Source: Candidatus Moraniibacteriota bacterium (lineage in GTDB: Bacteria; Patescibacteriota; Minisyncoccia; Moranbacterales; UBA1568). Taken from it: 64,000 bases of DNA. Each line of letters opens with the position of its first letter. Within the stretch, counting starts at the first letter, position 1. The translations under genes were made by a program, and so were the position numbers. The notes below the pieces were generated by a model. That model did not search any database and was not told the DNA's origin. It worked only from the letters and a program-made list of their open reading frames with translations. The stretch spans positions 577,895 through 641,894 of the forward strand of contig JAQTYF010000001.1 in NCBI GenBank assembly GCA_028688415.1, written 5' to 3'. Below are positions 47,410 through 57,747 of the stretch, piece after piece.

Positions 47410-48813
47410 CTATAATGATTGGACTATTCGTCTGAATTGTTCACCACGATCGAATTCATTCTTGAAAACACCGAAACTCGCTGATCCCGGAGAAAGAAGG
47501 ACAATATCTCCCGGCTCCGCTGATCGGGACGCGATTTCTACTGCTTTATCCATACTGTCTACTACTGTGAATATCTGGTTTTTTTCTGTATCTGGGAGAT
47601 ACTTTCGAAGCGAAAGAATGAGTTTGTCGGTTGCTGTCCCTCGGAACAAAATGAGTCCTTTCACACGTGTCGCTATGGCTTCTGCAAATGCATCAAACTG
47701 AAGATTCTTGTCACTTCCTCCAGCGAGAAGGATGATCGGTTCGGAGAACGAACGGAGAGCGGAGAGAGATGCTTCAGGAATAGTCGCGGTGGTGTCATTG
47801 AAATACTGCACGCCTCGACTCTCCCCTACATATTCGAGACGATGCTCGACACCAGGGAAACTCTCGATACCTGACACAATCTGTTTCGCAGATAATCCAG
47901 AAGCGAGAACTGTAGAAACTGCAGAAAGAATATTACTTTGGTTGTGTTCTCCTCGAAGGGTACGATGTTTTATAGGCATGAGTTCGTGAGATTCACCTTG
48001 TTTACGAATCCATATCATCCCATCTTTGAGCCAGACTCCATCTCCATCGATTTCATCTCGTTCAGAAAACCAAACAATTGATCCAGGAGCATCTTGTACC
48101 ATATCACGCACCGCTTCATTGTCGAAATTAGCAATCACCACATCATTTTTTTTCTGAAAAAGAAAAATGTTTTTCTTATCCTCGATATAGTCAGCCATCG
48201 TCTTGTAATAATTGAGGTGATCAGGATAGATATTGGTAAGCACAGCAATATGAGGACTTTTCTTCATATATCGTAAAGCAGAGAGTCTCCAAGAAGAAAG
48301 TTCAAACACTACTGTGGTATCTGAAGTGATTTTTTTGAGCGAGGAAAGCACACCGACTTGTCCAATACCGATTCTCATCACTTTTTTTCCACTTTTTTCG
48401 AGTATGTGTGCGATCAGTGTCGATGTCGTTGTTTTTCCTTTACTTCCAGTAATGCCAATAATTGGCGCCTTACACAACGCAAAAAAAATACTCGAGTCCA
48501 TTTCGACTGGTATATTGTTCTTCTGTGCGAGCCTGATATATTCATTCGTCCAGGATATGACCGGGTTCTTTATCACCATATCGACATGGGAAAAATCTTC
48601 CGGACGATGTTGTCCGAGTATATAGGTGATATTCTTGTATTTGGCAAGTTTTTCTAAGGCAGGGCCAAGCTCTTCTCGTTTTTTGATATCGGTAACAATC
48701 ACTTCACGCACACCGTGCTCGAGAAGAAACACTACCGTACCAACACCGCCCATATTGAGACCAAGACCAAACACCGTCACTCGCTTGTTCTTGAAAAAAG
48801 ATTCTTGCAACAT
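47410..48813 (-). CDS. murD: UDP-N-acetylmuramoylalanine--D-glutamate ligase
   Basis: N-terminal VTVFGLGLNMGGVG; GITGSKGKTTTSTLIAHIL (Mur ligase P-loop); 467 aa. Confidence 0.85.
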   Translation of the reverse strand: MLQESFFKNKRVTVFGLGLNMGGVGTVVFLLEHGVREVIVTDIKKREELGPALEKLAKYKNITYILGQHRPEDFSHVDMVIKNPVISWTNEYIRLAQKNNIPVEMDSSIFFALCKAPIIGITGSKGKTTTSTLIAHILEKSGKKVMRIGIGQVGVLSSLKKITSDTTVVFELSSWRLSALRYMKKSPHIAVLTNIYPDHLNYYKTMADYIEDKKNIFLFQKKNDVVIANFDNEAVRDMVQDAPGSIVWFSERDEIDGDGVWLKDGMIWIRKQGESHELMPIKHRTLRGEHNQSNILSAVSTVLASGLSAKQIVSGIESFPGVEHRLEYVGESRGVQYFNDTTATIPEASLSALRSFSEPIILLAGGSDKNLQFDAFAEAIATRVKGLILFRGTATDKLILSLRKYLPDTEKNQIFTVVDSMDKAVEIASRSAEPGDIVLLSPGSASFGVFKNEFDRGEQFRRIVQSL

Positions 48814-48829
48814 ATTCTTAGGAAATGTC

Positions 48830-48854
48830 TACTGAGCGGTTGGACCGCCAAGTA
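48830..48854. repeat. Second copy of the agcggttg(a/g)accgc(t/c)aagta motif (diverged relative of the 39046..39078 palindrome)
   Basis: tactgagcggttggaccgccaagta versus tacttagcggttgaaccgctaagta (22 of 25 positions); sits between the murD start and the stop of the downstream gene. Confidence 0.35.
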
Positions 48855-48889
48855 CATAACAGAGGAAACAACGATGAATTATATATTCT

Positions 48890-50488
48890 CTACCATCCAA
48901 ACCAGTGTTTGTTTTTCTTTCGAAGAACCATGCCATATCGAGCATCTGGAATCAAGGTATCGTTAGCGAGAGCAAACTGTCCATTGATAATCACAAAAGA
49001 AATGCCCGTTGAGTATTGATATGGTTCTTCTATAGTGGCACGATCAGCAATATTGTCTGGCTGAAATATGACTATATCAGCGAAATACCCTTCCTGCAAG
49101 AGTCCTCTCTTCTCCAACTGAAATTGCTTAGCTGGTTTCCCGGTCATTTTGTGCACTGCCTCTTCCCAGCTGAGGGCTTTCTGATTACGGACATATTCTG
49201 CAAACACTTTAGGGAAAGTACCAAAATTACGTGGGTGCACAAGATTGCCAGACTTGGCATACTCGGTACTGTATCCAACGCCATTGCTACTAATAATAGA
49301 AAATGGATGTTGGATGGATTTCAAGACATTCTTCTCGGACAATGCTTCAAAAGAAACGATAGCCTGTCCTTCGCTCGCTATGAGAAAATCAAGCACTGTT
49401 TCTTCGGGCGTCTTCCCTTGAAGGAGAGCAATTTCAGAAATTTTTCGTCGCGAGAGCATTTTATTTAAGTGAGACGAAGAAATGGTAATCTGTGAATAAT
49501 CCGTATCGTTTTGCTTCATATCACGAAGTACCGTGCTTCGCACTCCAGCATCTTTGAGACGAGCAAGCATCATTTTGCGACCTTCTCCCGTAATCCATTC
49601 CGGAAGAAGAGTGTAGAGGACAGATCCTGTTGTTGTATACGGATAGACATCGAAACTTATCGGCACTTCATCGAGCGCGGCGGTTTCTATAAGATGAAAA
49701 ACATCGTCCATATAGTGCCAATTCTTCTTGCCGACAACTTTCAAATGAGAAATATGGAGAGAAGATTCCGCTTCACGAGCAACGAGAATAGCTTCTTCAA
49801 CCGCTTTGACGACATCTGCGCCTTCATCACGCACGTACGTTGCATAGATTCCCTGATGAGAGACAGCTGTTTTGGCAAGTGTCGACAATTCTCTCGTACG
49901 AGCACCTCTGGCGTGAGTATAAGCAAGTCCTGTCGAAAGCCCTATAGCACCTTCTTCTAGGGCTTTTTCGAGCATTGCATCCATTGCGTGGATTTCATCG
50001 GGTGTGATGGTACGCGTCTTGTCATCCATCGCTCCACGTCTCAGTGTTCCATGTCCGACAAGCGTCGCAAAATTGACCCCGATACGACGACGCTCTGTTT
50101 CTTTGAGAAAATCCTGCATCGATAACCAATTGAAATTTATTTTTTCGACATTGGTCCATTTCTGAATCGCACGGATATTTTCTGGAGAAAAAAGTGGCGC
50201 AAGCGATGCTCCTGAATTCCCACCGATGATTGTCGTCACGCCCTGAGAGACGAGACTCTCCATGCCCGGTTCGTTGAAAATTTGCCAATACGTATCAGAA
50301 TGATTGTTCACATCCACAAAACCTGGCGCCACATACTGTCCGTCTGCATCAATGATTCGCTCGGCCTGTGCTGATGCCAGATCTCCTATCGATGCAATAA
50401 TTCCTTCCTTGATAGCAATATCGGCACGAAACATCGGACGGCCACTTCCGTCGATGATAGTGCCATTTTTTATCACGATATCATACAT
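48890..50488 (-). CDS. N-acyl-D-amino-acid deacylase (D-aminoacylase), amidohydrolase superfamily
   Basis: IIDADGQYVAPGFVDVNNHSD metal-binding HxH region; 532 aa, typical of Amidohydro_3 D-aminoacylases. Confidence 0.75.
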   Translation of the reverse strand: MYDIVIKNGTIIDGSGRPMFRADIAIKEGIIASIGDLASAQAERIIDADGQYVAPGFVDVNNHSDTYWQIFNEPGMESLVSQGVTTIIGGNSGASLAPLFSPENIRAIQKWTNVEKINFNWLSMQDFLKETERRRIGVNFATLVGHGTLRRGAMDDKTRTITPDEIHAMDAMLEKALEEGAIGLSTGLAYTHARGARTRELSTLAKTAVSHQGIYATYVRDEGADVVKAVEEAILVAREAESSLHISHLKVVGKKNWHYMDDVFHLIETAALDEVPISFDVYPYTTTGSVLYTLLPEWITGEGRKMMLARLKDAGVRSTVLRDMKQNDTDYSQITISSSHLNKMLSRRKISEIALLQGKTPEETVLDFLIASEGQAIVSFEALSEKNVLKSIQHPFSIISSNGVGYSTEYAKSGNLVHPRNFGTFPKVFAEYVRNQKALSWEEAVHKMTGKPAKQFQLEKRGLLQEGYFADIVIFQPDNIADRATIEEPYQYSTGISFVIINGQFALANDTLIPDARYGMVLRKKNKHWFGW

Positions 50489-50514
50489 ATTGCTTGTGTT
50501 TTTTTAACAGTCGT

Positions 50515-51678
50515 CTATTGTGTTTCATTTTTCTTAATATGTTCCTTCAACTCTGTCATAAATTGTCTGTTCTGCTGAAGTATCTTGGGGATAAGCAAAT
50601 CAATATCCGCTGATTCTTTCAAATCATCGATTTTCTGTAAAGCACTTTTTTTGGCGATAGTCATCATTTCATCATAATCTGACATCTGCGACTCAATAAA
50701 TTTGATATTACGATAATCTCTTTTTACTGCGACAAGGAGTACTTTGGATGTCCGAGCATTGGGTAACATTTCAGCAAGTGCATTCCCAGAATTCCTTGGA
50801 TTATCGAGACTCGCAATACGCATATTGAAATCTTCATCTATCTTGAGTGTATCTGGATCAGCATAGTGCATCGCATACGCAGGGTCGATCTCTGCAACCT
50901 TGAGCATAAAGGCTTTATTTTGTTTTGCATCAACCGGAAGTTGTTGCAAGAACTCACCAAGAGAACCCGTGTTGTTATTGAGTTGGTCGAGATAACGTGA
51001 GAACTGACTATTCTTGTGTATACCCGTATCTTGAATAGATTCCATACCAAACTCATCATCTCGTTTTTTCGCAAGAGCAGGAGGGAAAGCATCCACAATA
51101 TCTTCTTTTTTGATTTCTTGTTTTTCCTCTTGTTTTTGTGGGACCACTACTTCTTCTTTCAAAGGTACTGAGGGGGTGATGATCGGTTCTGCCTGAGAAA
51201 TCAATTCCTCGGTAGGTACTTCTTGAGAAGTCTCTCCCGATGGTATTTCTTCCCCTTCTTCATCGCTGTCTTGTTTATCCAACGAGGCGATTTCATCCTC
51301 GAGAGCACGACGTTCCTGAATGAGTACCAACAAATCTTCATCCTTCTTCTCCGGAGAAATAGATTCATTCAATGCTTCAATTTTTTGTTTGATCAGTTTC
51401 TTCTTCTCATGACGAATTCTTGCCTCAGAAGCTTGTTGTTCTTTTTTCGCTTTCTCTTCGGCTTCTCTTTTTGCTTGCAACACCTTCTCTTCAGATTCTT
51501 GTTTTTCTTGAGTCAGACGTTCTTGTTCGTGTTCTTCCATCAACATGATTTCTTTTCGTTCTGCAAGAGTATGCAAAATATCATCATCAGAGAGTGATCC
51601 GAATTTCGTTTCGGAAATCTCTTGCAGACGTTTTCTATATTGTTCGATATCTTGCTTTTTTTGTGTTGTTTTCTTCAT
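50515..51678 (-). CDS. Coiled-coil protein with C-terminal DUF4116-like repeats
   Basis: About 130-aa E/K/Q-rich coiled coil; C-terminal AMHYADPDTLKIDEDFNMRIAS...LLVAVKRDYRNIKFIESQM resembles the DUF4116 pattern (AVkqnG.aLqyAs..Lk.D). Low-confidence family call. Confidence 0.45.
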   Translation of the reverse strand: MKKTTQKKQDIEQYRKRLQEISETKFGSLSDDDILHTLAERKEIMLMEEHEQERLTQEKQESEEKVLQAKREAEEKAKKEQQASEARIRHEKKKLIKQKIEALNESISPEKKDEDLLVLIQERRALEDEIASLDKQDSDEEGEEIPSGETSQEVPTEELISQAEPIITPSVPLKEEVVVPQKQEEKQEIKKEDIVDAFPPALAKKRDDEFGMESIQDTGIHKNSQFSRYLDQLNNNTGSLGEFLQQLPVDAKQNKAFMLKVAEIDPAYAMHYADPDTLKIDEDFNMRIASLDNPRNSGNALAEMLPNARTSKVLLVAVKRDYRNIKFIESQMSDYDEMMTIAKKSALQKIDDLKESADIDLLIPKILQQNRQFMTELKEHIKKNETQ

Positions 51679-51689
51679 AACCTTGTACG

Positions 51690-52697
51690 CTATTGTTTAC
51701 CGATAACAGTGACGAGTTCTACGAGACGATTCGAATATCCCCATTCATTATCATACCACGCAACAATCTTCACGAGATCACCATCGATTACTTTCGTCAG
51801 AGAGAGATCTATTGTACTCGAGTGTGGATCACCGATGAAATCAGAAGAGACAAGTGGTTCACGAGTCACTGCCAATACCTGACGATACCTAGCATCTTGA
51901 CTGGCCCGCTCAAGTACGGCATTGATTTCTTCGACGGTTGTTTTCTTCTTGAGAACAAACGTGAAATCAGTCAAAGAGACAACAATAGTCGGAACACGAA
52001 GTGAGAGCCCATCAAATAATCCAGAAAGTTCCGGGATGACTTGTGTCACAGCGATAGCCGCTCCGGTCGTCGTCGGAACGATATTGGACGCGGCTGCTCT
52101 CGCACGACGGAGATCTTTGTGTGGGCCATCCTGGAGATTCTGATCAGCGGTGTACGAATGTATTGTTGTCATCAATGCTTTGGCAATACCAAACTCTTCA
52201 TGAATGATTTTTGCAACTGGAGCAAGAGAATTTGTCGTACATGAAGCGTTGGAAATCACTTCTTCAGACTGATACGAAGATTCGTTGACGCCAACAAGAA
52301 TGGAAGGCACAACGTCTCCTGTCTTGGCAGGTGCTGAGAGAATTACTTTTTTGGCTCCGGCAGCGATGTGTTGTGAAGCAGAGACGCTATCCGTAAATCG
52401 ACCCGTGCACTCGAGTACGACATCAATCGCCAATTCTTTCCACGGCAGTTTCTTCGGATCAGGTTCAGCAAATACGAGACATTCTTTCCCATCGACGATA
52501 AGCTTCCCTTCACTCACTTCTATCCGTTTTCGGTATTGTCCGTACGCAGTATCGTATTTCAACAGGTGTGCCAAGATATCGACACTCGTCAAATCATTGA
52601 GAGCAACAATCTCGATATCTTTTTTCTCGAAAGCTATTTTGAACGCTGACCGTCCGATACGACCGAATCCATTGATGGCAATTCTCTGTTTTTGCAT
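51690..52697 (-). CDS. gap: Glyceraldehyde-3-phosphate dehydrogenase
   Basis: INGFGRIGR NAD motif; active-site SCTTNSLAP. Confidence 0.9.
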   Translation of the reverse strand: MQKQRIAINGFGRIGRSAFKIAFEKKDIEIVALNDLTSVDILAHLLKYDTAYGQYRKRIEVSEGKLIVDGKECLVFAEPDPKKLPWKELAIDVVLECTGRFTDSVSASQHIAAGAKKVILSAPAKTGDVVPSILVGVNESSYQSEEVISNASCTTNSLAPVAKIIHEEFGIAKALMTTIHSYTADQNLQDGPHKDLRRARAAASNIVPTTTGAAIAVTQVIPELSGLFDGLSLRVPTIVVSLTDFTFVLKKKTTVEEINAVLERASQDARYRQVLAVTREPLVSSDFIGDPHSSTIDLSLTKVIDGDLVKIVAWYDNEWGYSNRLVELVTVIGKQ

Positions 52698-52726
52698 ATT
52701 TGTATTTCTGTATATAAATAAATTTT

Positions 52727-53587
52727 TTATAAGGCTTTATGATCACTCCCAAAAGAAAGTATCTTTTGTTTTACCGCTTCCTTCGTCTGATTTCGTGCTT
52801 TGGTCAATATTTTACGAAGGTCAGTTTCATCTTCTGATAACAATGCTTCCCGAAGTCCACCAATGAAAGAAAGACGAAGAGCGGTATCAACATTGAAGCA
52901 ACTCACTCCTCGACGGATGACTTCAGCGACTCGATCACTCCCCCAGTCCGATGCTCCGTGCATCACAAGTGGAAGTGTCACACGCTCTCGTATAGCCGTC
53001 AGACGTTCATAATCAGGTGTTTCACGTTCCTGGAAAAATCCGTGAGCGTTTCCGATAGCAACCGCGAGAGTATCAATACCTGTTTCATTGACAAATTCTA
53101 CTGCCTGATCAGGATCGGTCATATAATTATTCCAATCGATATTTTCCATCTGTATTTCTCCGAGATATGGAACATTACCGAGTTCGGCTTGCACTACAAC
53201 GTTCTTGCTGTGAGCAATTTCCACAATTTTTTTGGTAGCGATGAGGTTGTCTGGATATTCCTTGCGTGATCCATCATACATCACCGAAAGAAAACCTATA
53301 CCCATGGCTCGTTCAACAACCTCAAAGTTCTTACCATGATCGAGATGAATACCGACAGGGATATCTTTGGAATAAAATTCAGCAAGATTTTTGATGAGAT
53401 GAAAAATAGCGCGACCACCCGCATAATCAAATGTTTTTTCGGTCAACTGAATAACAACAGGAGAGGACAGTTCTCGTGCTGTTTCGAGAATAGCCTGTGT
53501 CGTCTCGAGATTGATCGTATTGAAAGCGCCAATCGCATAGTGATTCGCTTGTGCTTCTTCAAGCATCGTTTTTACATTTGCCAACAT
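52727..53587 (-). CDS. fba: Class II fructose-bisphosphate aldolase
   Basis: AIGAFNTINLETTQAILETA; HLDHG Zn-binding motif; 286 aa. Confidence 0.85.
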   Translation of the reverse strand: MLANVKTMLEEAQANHYAIGAFNTINLETTQAILETARELSSPVVIQLTEKTFDYAGGRAIFHLIKNLAEFYSKDIPVGIHLDHGKNFEVVERAMGIGFLSVMYDGSRKEYPDNLIATKKIVEIAHSKNVVVQAELGNVPYLGEIQMENIDWNNYMTDPDQAVEFVNETGIDTLAVAIGNAHGFFQERETPDYERLTAIRERVTLPLVMHGASDWGSDRVAEVIRRGVSCFNVDTALRLSFIGGLREALLSEDETDLRKILTKARNQTKEAVKQKILSFGSDHKAL

Positions 53588-53608
53588 AATTTTCGTGCTA
53601 TCAAATTA

Positions 53609-54421
53609 TTATTGAGTTTTTCGTAATCGTCGTTTTGCTTCTTCTTCAAAGAGTCCCATCATTTTTATCAACTCATAAGGAAAGAGACTTTCTCTTCCTA
53701 CCAATACTCCATCCATTCCTGCCTCAAAAGAAACTGGTCCCAGAAGGGCGCTCTTCACCGATCCTCCATAGAGGAGACTGATCCTCTCTGCTGTCTGCAT
53801 ATCAAACATCTCTTTCAATATTTTTCGGAAGAGAATGCTGACACCGAGGATATCCTGCGTTGTAGGAAGTGCATCGGTACCGATAGCCCAACGTGGCTCG
53901 TAAGCAATAATAATTTTCTCAGCTTGCAACTTGGAAAGGTCAGAAAAAATTGTACGTATCTGACGGGATAAAACTTGTTCGGTATTTCCTGCCTGTTTGT
54001 CTTCTTCTGTTTCTCCAATACAGACAATCGGAGTCAGATAGTATTTGATAGCAAATATTGCTTTCTCACGTACTTTCTCATCCGTTTCTCCTGCGTATCG
54101 TCGCCGTTCACTATGACCAAGGATGACATATTCCACTCCATCATTTTTGAGCATCAAAGGTGAGATTTCTCCGGTATACGCACCACTTTTTTCTGGAAAA
54201 AAATTCTGTGCGCCTTTTTTTATTCCCTGAGGCAAACGATCAAATTGTGCGAGATACAAAAACGAAGGGCAAATCACCCCGAGAACGTGTTCGTAGTTCC
54301 TCTGCCCAGCTTCTCGATGAAGCACCGTAAGATACTGTGATACTTCTTCACGTGAGAGCATATTCATTTTGAGATTTCCGATCACATAAAATTTCCGCAT
54401 AGAAGTTTCATTTGTTTTCAT
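53609..54421 (-). CDS. tpiA: Triosephosphate isomerase
   Basis: GNLKMNM; ILGHSERR; 4-nt ATGA overlap with the galT stop. Confidence 0.85.
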   Translation of the reverse strand: MKTNETSMRKFYVIGNLKMNMLSREEVSQYLTVLHREAGQRNYEHVLGVICPSFLYLAQFDRLPQGIKKGAQNFFPEKSGAYTGEISPLMLKNDGVEYVILGHSERRRYAGETDEKVREKAIFAIKYYLTPIVCIGETEEDKQAGNTEQVLSRQIRTIFSDLSKLQAEKIIIAYEPRWAIGTDALPTTQDILGVSILFRKILKEMFDMQTAERISLLYGGSVKSALLGPVSFEAGMDGVLVGRESLFPYELIKMMGLFEEEAKRRLRKTQ

Positions 54422-55479
54422 GAATTCAGATGTCCTCGTAAATATTCTGCTGCCTTTTCTGGTTCTATGGTCGATATTTCTATTCCCGTAGAGAGTTCAA
54501 AACCAGCCCAAACAGATGTCCTCGGTAAAATCTCTATATGCCACTGGTAATGAGGGTAGTCTTTGCCATCACACGGAGCTGTATGAATATAGAAATTATA
54601 CGCTGGATCATTCAGACCGCTATAAAGGGCAAAAAGAGCTTTCTGCATCGCTTCCGCAAGGGCGAACTTTTCTTCATCGGTAATGCGTTCAAAATACGGA
54701 TTAGGACGCTTACCAATCACCCATATTTCGAAGGCGACACGGGAGGCAAAAGGGCAAAATACAATGAAATGTTCATTTTCGTAGAGTATCCGCTTTTTAA
54801 ATTTCTGCTCCGCTTTGATGACGATATCGTATACATTGCAGTGATTGCTTCTGTAATACCGTTCTGCTCCAGAGAGCTCAAGGTTGATATACGGGGAAAT
54901 AGCTGGAAGCGCAATAAGCTGAGAATGGGGATGCTCGATAGATGCACCTGCTTCTTTTCCATGATTATGGAAAATCTGAATGTAATTGATATCTGGTTTA
55001 CCCATGAGTGATAGATATCGTTCTTGATACGCATCAAAGAGCTCCGCTCCTTGCCATGTCTCAAGTAATGCCAGCGGTTTCTCTGCATCACGTGTCACAA
55101 AGAGTTCATGGTACCCGAAACCAGTCATCGAAAAATAAGGTCCCTCAGAGAGGTCTCGCACTTTTTCCTCCGAAGAGAAGGCTGGATATTTATTCGGAAA
55201 AACACGGAGACTCCACTCTCCGTCTTCCTGACGATACACAAGAATATCATCTTGTTCATTCGTTTTCTCTGGATCGACGAAAGGATCTTCAGGATTATCT
55301 GCACGGACACGTTCCAATGAAGCAAAAGCATCAGGACGCTTGGCACGGCCCGTCGCTATCACAACCCAATCTCCCGTAACAATGTCTTGACGAAGTTCTG
55401 AGGGAGTAGTATGTATTTTTTTTTCTGCTTGTGTCATTTTGTTTTGTTTTTTTATTGACGATAGATATTCAAGAAGCAT
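54418..55479 (-). CDS. galT: Galactose-1-phosphate uridylyltransferase-like (HIT superfamily, GalT family)
   Basis: HNHGKEAGASIEHPHSQLIALP (HPH.Q nucleotidyl-transfer motif); two-half GalT architecture. Start may be the internal MTQAEKK. Confidence 0.75.
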   Translation of the reverse strand: MLLEYLSSIKKQNKMTQAEKKIHTTPSELRQDIVTGDWVVIATGRAKRPDAFASLERVRADNPEDPFVDPEKTNEQDDILVYRQEDGEWSLRVFPNKYPAFSSEEKVRDLSEGPYFSMTGFGYHELFVTRDAEKPLALLETWQGAELFDAYQERYLSLMGKPDINYIQIFHNHGKEAGASIEHPHSQLIALPAISPYINLELSGAERYYRSNHCNVYDIVIKAEQKFKKRILYENEHFIVFCPFASRVAFEIWVIGKRPNPYFERITDEEKFALAEAMQKALFALYSGLNDPAYNFYIHTAPCDGKDYPHYQWHIEILPRTSVWAGFELSTGIEISTIEPEKAAEYLRGHLNS

Positions 55480-56248
55480 TGGCAGTTATTTTCTTCTTAG
55501 CATACTCACTAATATGATATGCACCCGTGATGAGACGCCATTTCGTTTTGAAAAGATCGATTAATACTTGAATAAATCCATTCGGACCAGTCAATTTCAC
55601 AGTAGACCCTTCTTCATTCATCCAGCGAACTGGCAATTGTTTCACCTGAAACCCGAGTCTCAGTGCCAATACTACCAACTCAAAATCAAATCCGAATCGA
55701 TCGACAACCATGCGTGAAGCGATCTCGTTGGAAGCTTTTTCTGAAAGCACCTTGAAACCACATTGTGTATCAGGATAATTCCATAAACCAAGAATGATAC
55801 GAATGAGCCAATTCCCTCCTTCACCCAAAATTTCTCGATGCTTGGGCTGATGTATCTGAACGAACGATCCTGCTATCTTACGTGAACCGATAATAACATC
55901 ATATTCTGACTTGAAATGTTCTTCGCAGGCATCGAGATGAGTGATAGAGGTCGAACCATCAGCATCGAGGAAAAGTCGCCACTTCCCTACCGCTTCGAGT
56001 AAACCCTGACGGACAACATACCCCTTGCCGTGATTTTCTGTATTCTCGATGACACGAATATGAGGTATCTGCAGTGCATAATTACGAGAAACGAGAGCAG
56101 TATTGTCAGGAGAACCATCTACGATCACCAGTATCTCATACGAATAATTCTTCCCTTTAAGATATTTGTCTATTTCGAGAAGATTCCGTCCGATACGCTC
56201 ACCTTCCTTATATGCAGGGATAATCACTGATAGAAAGATTTGTTCCAT
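55469..56248 (-). CDS. GT2 polyprenyl-phosphate glycosyltransferase, dolichyl-phosphate mannose synthase (DPM1/GtrB)-like
   Basis: LSVIIPAYKE; DGSPDNT; LDADGS (DxD); C-terminal QCGFK...FGFDFEL typical of DPM synthases. Confidence 0.8.
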   Translation of the reverse strand: MEQIFLSVIIPAYKEGERIGRNLLEIDKYLKGKNYSYEILVIVDGSPDNTALVSRNYALQIPHIRVIENTENHGKGYVVRQGLLEAVGKWRLFLDADGSTSITHLDACEEHFKSEYDVIIGSRKIAGSFVQIHQPKHREILGEGGNWLIRIILGLWNYPDTQCGFKVLSEKASNEIASRMVVDRFGFDFELVVLALRLGFQVKQLPVRWMNEEGSTVKLTGPNGFIQVLIDLFKTKWRLITGAYHISEYAKKKITANAS

Positions 56249-56333
56249 AAAAAAAATGAAGAATAGTAAACATCCTGTTAATTACGCTTCCACTATATCA
56301 CAAAACAGAGAAACCTGCACATCAGAAAAAGCA

Positions 56334-57647
56334 CTATTGAAAGAGAAGTTTATAATTTTTTGACCAATAGACGATACCTTCGTAGTAATTTTTATTGAAA
56401 GTACCAAGATAATTGATAGAAGCGCTCTTGATGACTGACTCTTTACTCGAGGTAGCGCCAGCGACACGAAGCTTGAGAGCCATCGCCATCACCCCATCCG
56501 TGATATTCCATGGATCAGGATTCTTATGTCCTGTATTGGCTGTAATGCGAGATTTATACCCCATCCATACATCAGACATAAACTGAGGTATACCCATCGC
56601 CCCGCCCTGCCCGATATACGCACTCGGAGAAGGAGAACAAGAGACTTTCTTGTCCTTACTGTACCCGAGAACATCGACAATATCATAGAAGAGAGCCTTT
56701 CGTTTATACAAAAGATCAATCGATTTTTGCCAATTCTTATTTTTCTTCAAGAGGGATTTGTATCGTGCAACAGAGACACTTTCTACTTGTTTATAGGTAC
56801 ACTGTCCCGTATTGACACCGATGTTCGTTTCTTTTTTCAAGAAACCATACAGCACTCCTACAGGCACTCCTGTTTTTTTGCTGGCAAACTCTACTGCTTC
56901 ACGGATATCTTTGGCATCATATGATTTCCCCGACAAAATATCCAAATCGCCCTGCAATTGATCCAGTTCTTTCTTGAGACGACTGATAATTGTTTGTTGA
57001 TCTTCTATATCACCCTGCGTGTCTACCTTATCCAATACCAAATTTTTCTTCTGCTGATTCTTGAGAGCGAGCAGTCGTTCCTGATCCTTTTTCATATCCT
57101 CCAATGTTTCTTTTTCACCAGTCACTTTTTCTTTCATGGTGTTGATCTCACCAATCACTCCCTGTATCTTTTCCTGTACCGAAAACAACGTATCATATTC
57201 ATGAAAAAAACGCATATCACTCTTTTCTGCAACAATGATTTCAGAAAAAGGGATACTGCTACTTTCATAAAGCTCTCGAAGGAGTCCTTTGAGAACAGAT
57301 TTTTCGAGGGTCAATTGTTGCTCCAGTCCAGCTACTTCTTTTTCTTTTTGTTCGATGGTTTGTGTGGACTCATTGAGAAGCACCTGTGTACGCTGAATCA
57401 CCTGCTGGGTAGAGGTGAGCGATGTATTGATCTGGTTTAAGTTCTTTTCCAACTCACTTTTTTTCTTACTTGCGTCTTTGAGTTTTTTCTCCAGACTATC
57501 GATACGATCATTGATACATCCAGTGTCTGTATCGTCACAATCCGACTGAGCCAAGACAACAGAAGACTCTGTTGGCACAACAAAACACAGCGCAGAGAAC
57601 GCGCCGAAAGAGAACAAAAGAAATAAGATGCGAATTTGTTTGTACAT
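56334..57647 (-). CDS. Secreted coiled-coil protein with C-terminal lytic transglycosylase (MltB/SLT_2-like) domain
   Basis: Start set at the signal peptide MYKQIRILFLLFSFGAFSALC; long coiled coil; C-terminal GQGGAMGIPQFMSDVW matches the MltB GAMG.QFMP.tW motif. Confidence 0.65.
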   Translation of the reverse strand: MYKQIRILFLLFSFGAFSALCFVVPTESSVVLAQSDCDDTDTGCINDRIDSLEKKLKDASKKKSELEKNLNQINTSLTSTQQVIQRTQVLLNESTQTIEQKEKEVAGLEQQLTLEKSVLKGLLRELYESSSIPFSEIIVAEKSDMRFFHEYDTLFSVQEKIQGVIGEINTMKEKVTGEKETLEDMKKDQERLLALKNQQKKNLVLDKVDTQGDIEDQQTIISRLKKELDQLQGDLDILSGKSYDAKDIREAVEFASKKTGVPVGVLYGFLKKETNIGVNTGQCTYKQVESVSVARYKSLLKKNKNWQKSIDLLYKRKALFYDIVDVLGYSKDKKVSCSPSPSAYIGQGGAMGIPQFMSDVWMGYKSRITANTGHKNPDPWNITDGVMAMALKLRVAGATSSKESVIKSASINYLGTFNKNYYEGIVYWSKNYKLLFQ

Positions 57648-57747
57648 ACACACAGTATAGCATATTTTTTTACTCCTATTGAACACAAAAATGCCCAAAA
57701 GAAAAAACTCCCGAAAGAGTCTTTTCTTTTTTGAAGAATGATTTGAT

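Noticed and set aside
47135-47701. 188-aa + strand ORF spanning the giant-gene leader and the murD 3' end
   Set aside because: It overlaps the murD coding sequence on the opposite strand and an AT-rich leader; no coding signal.
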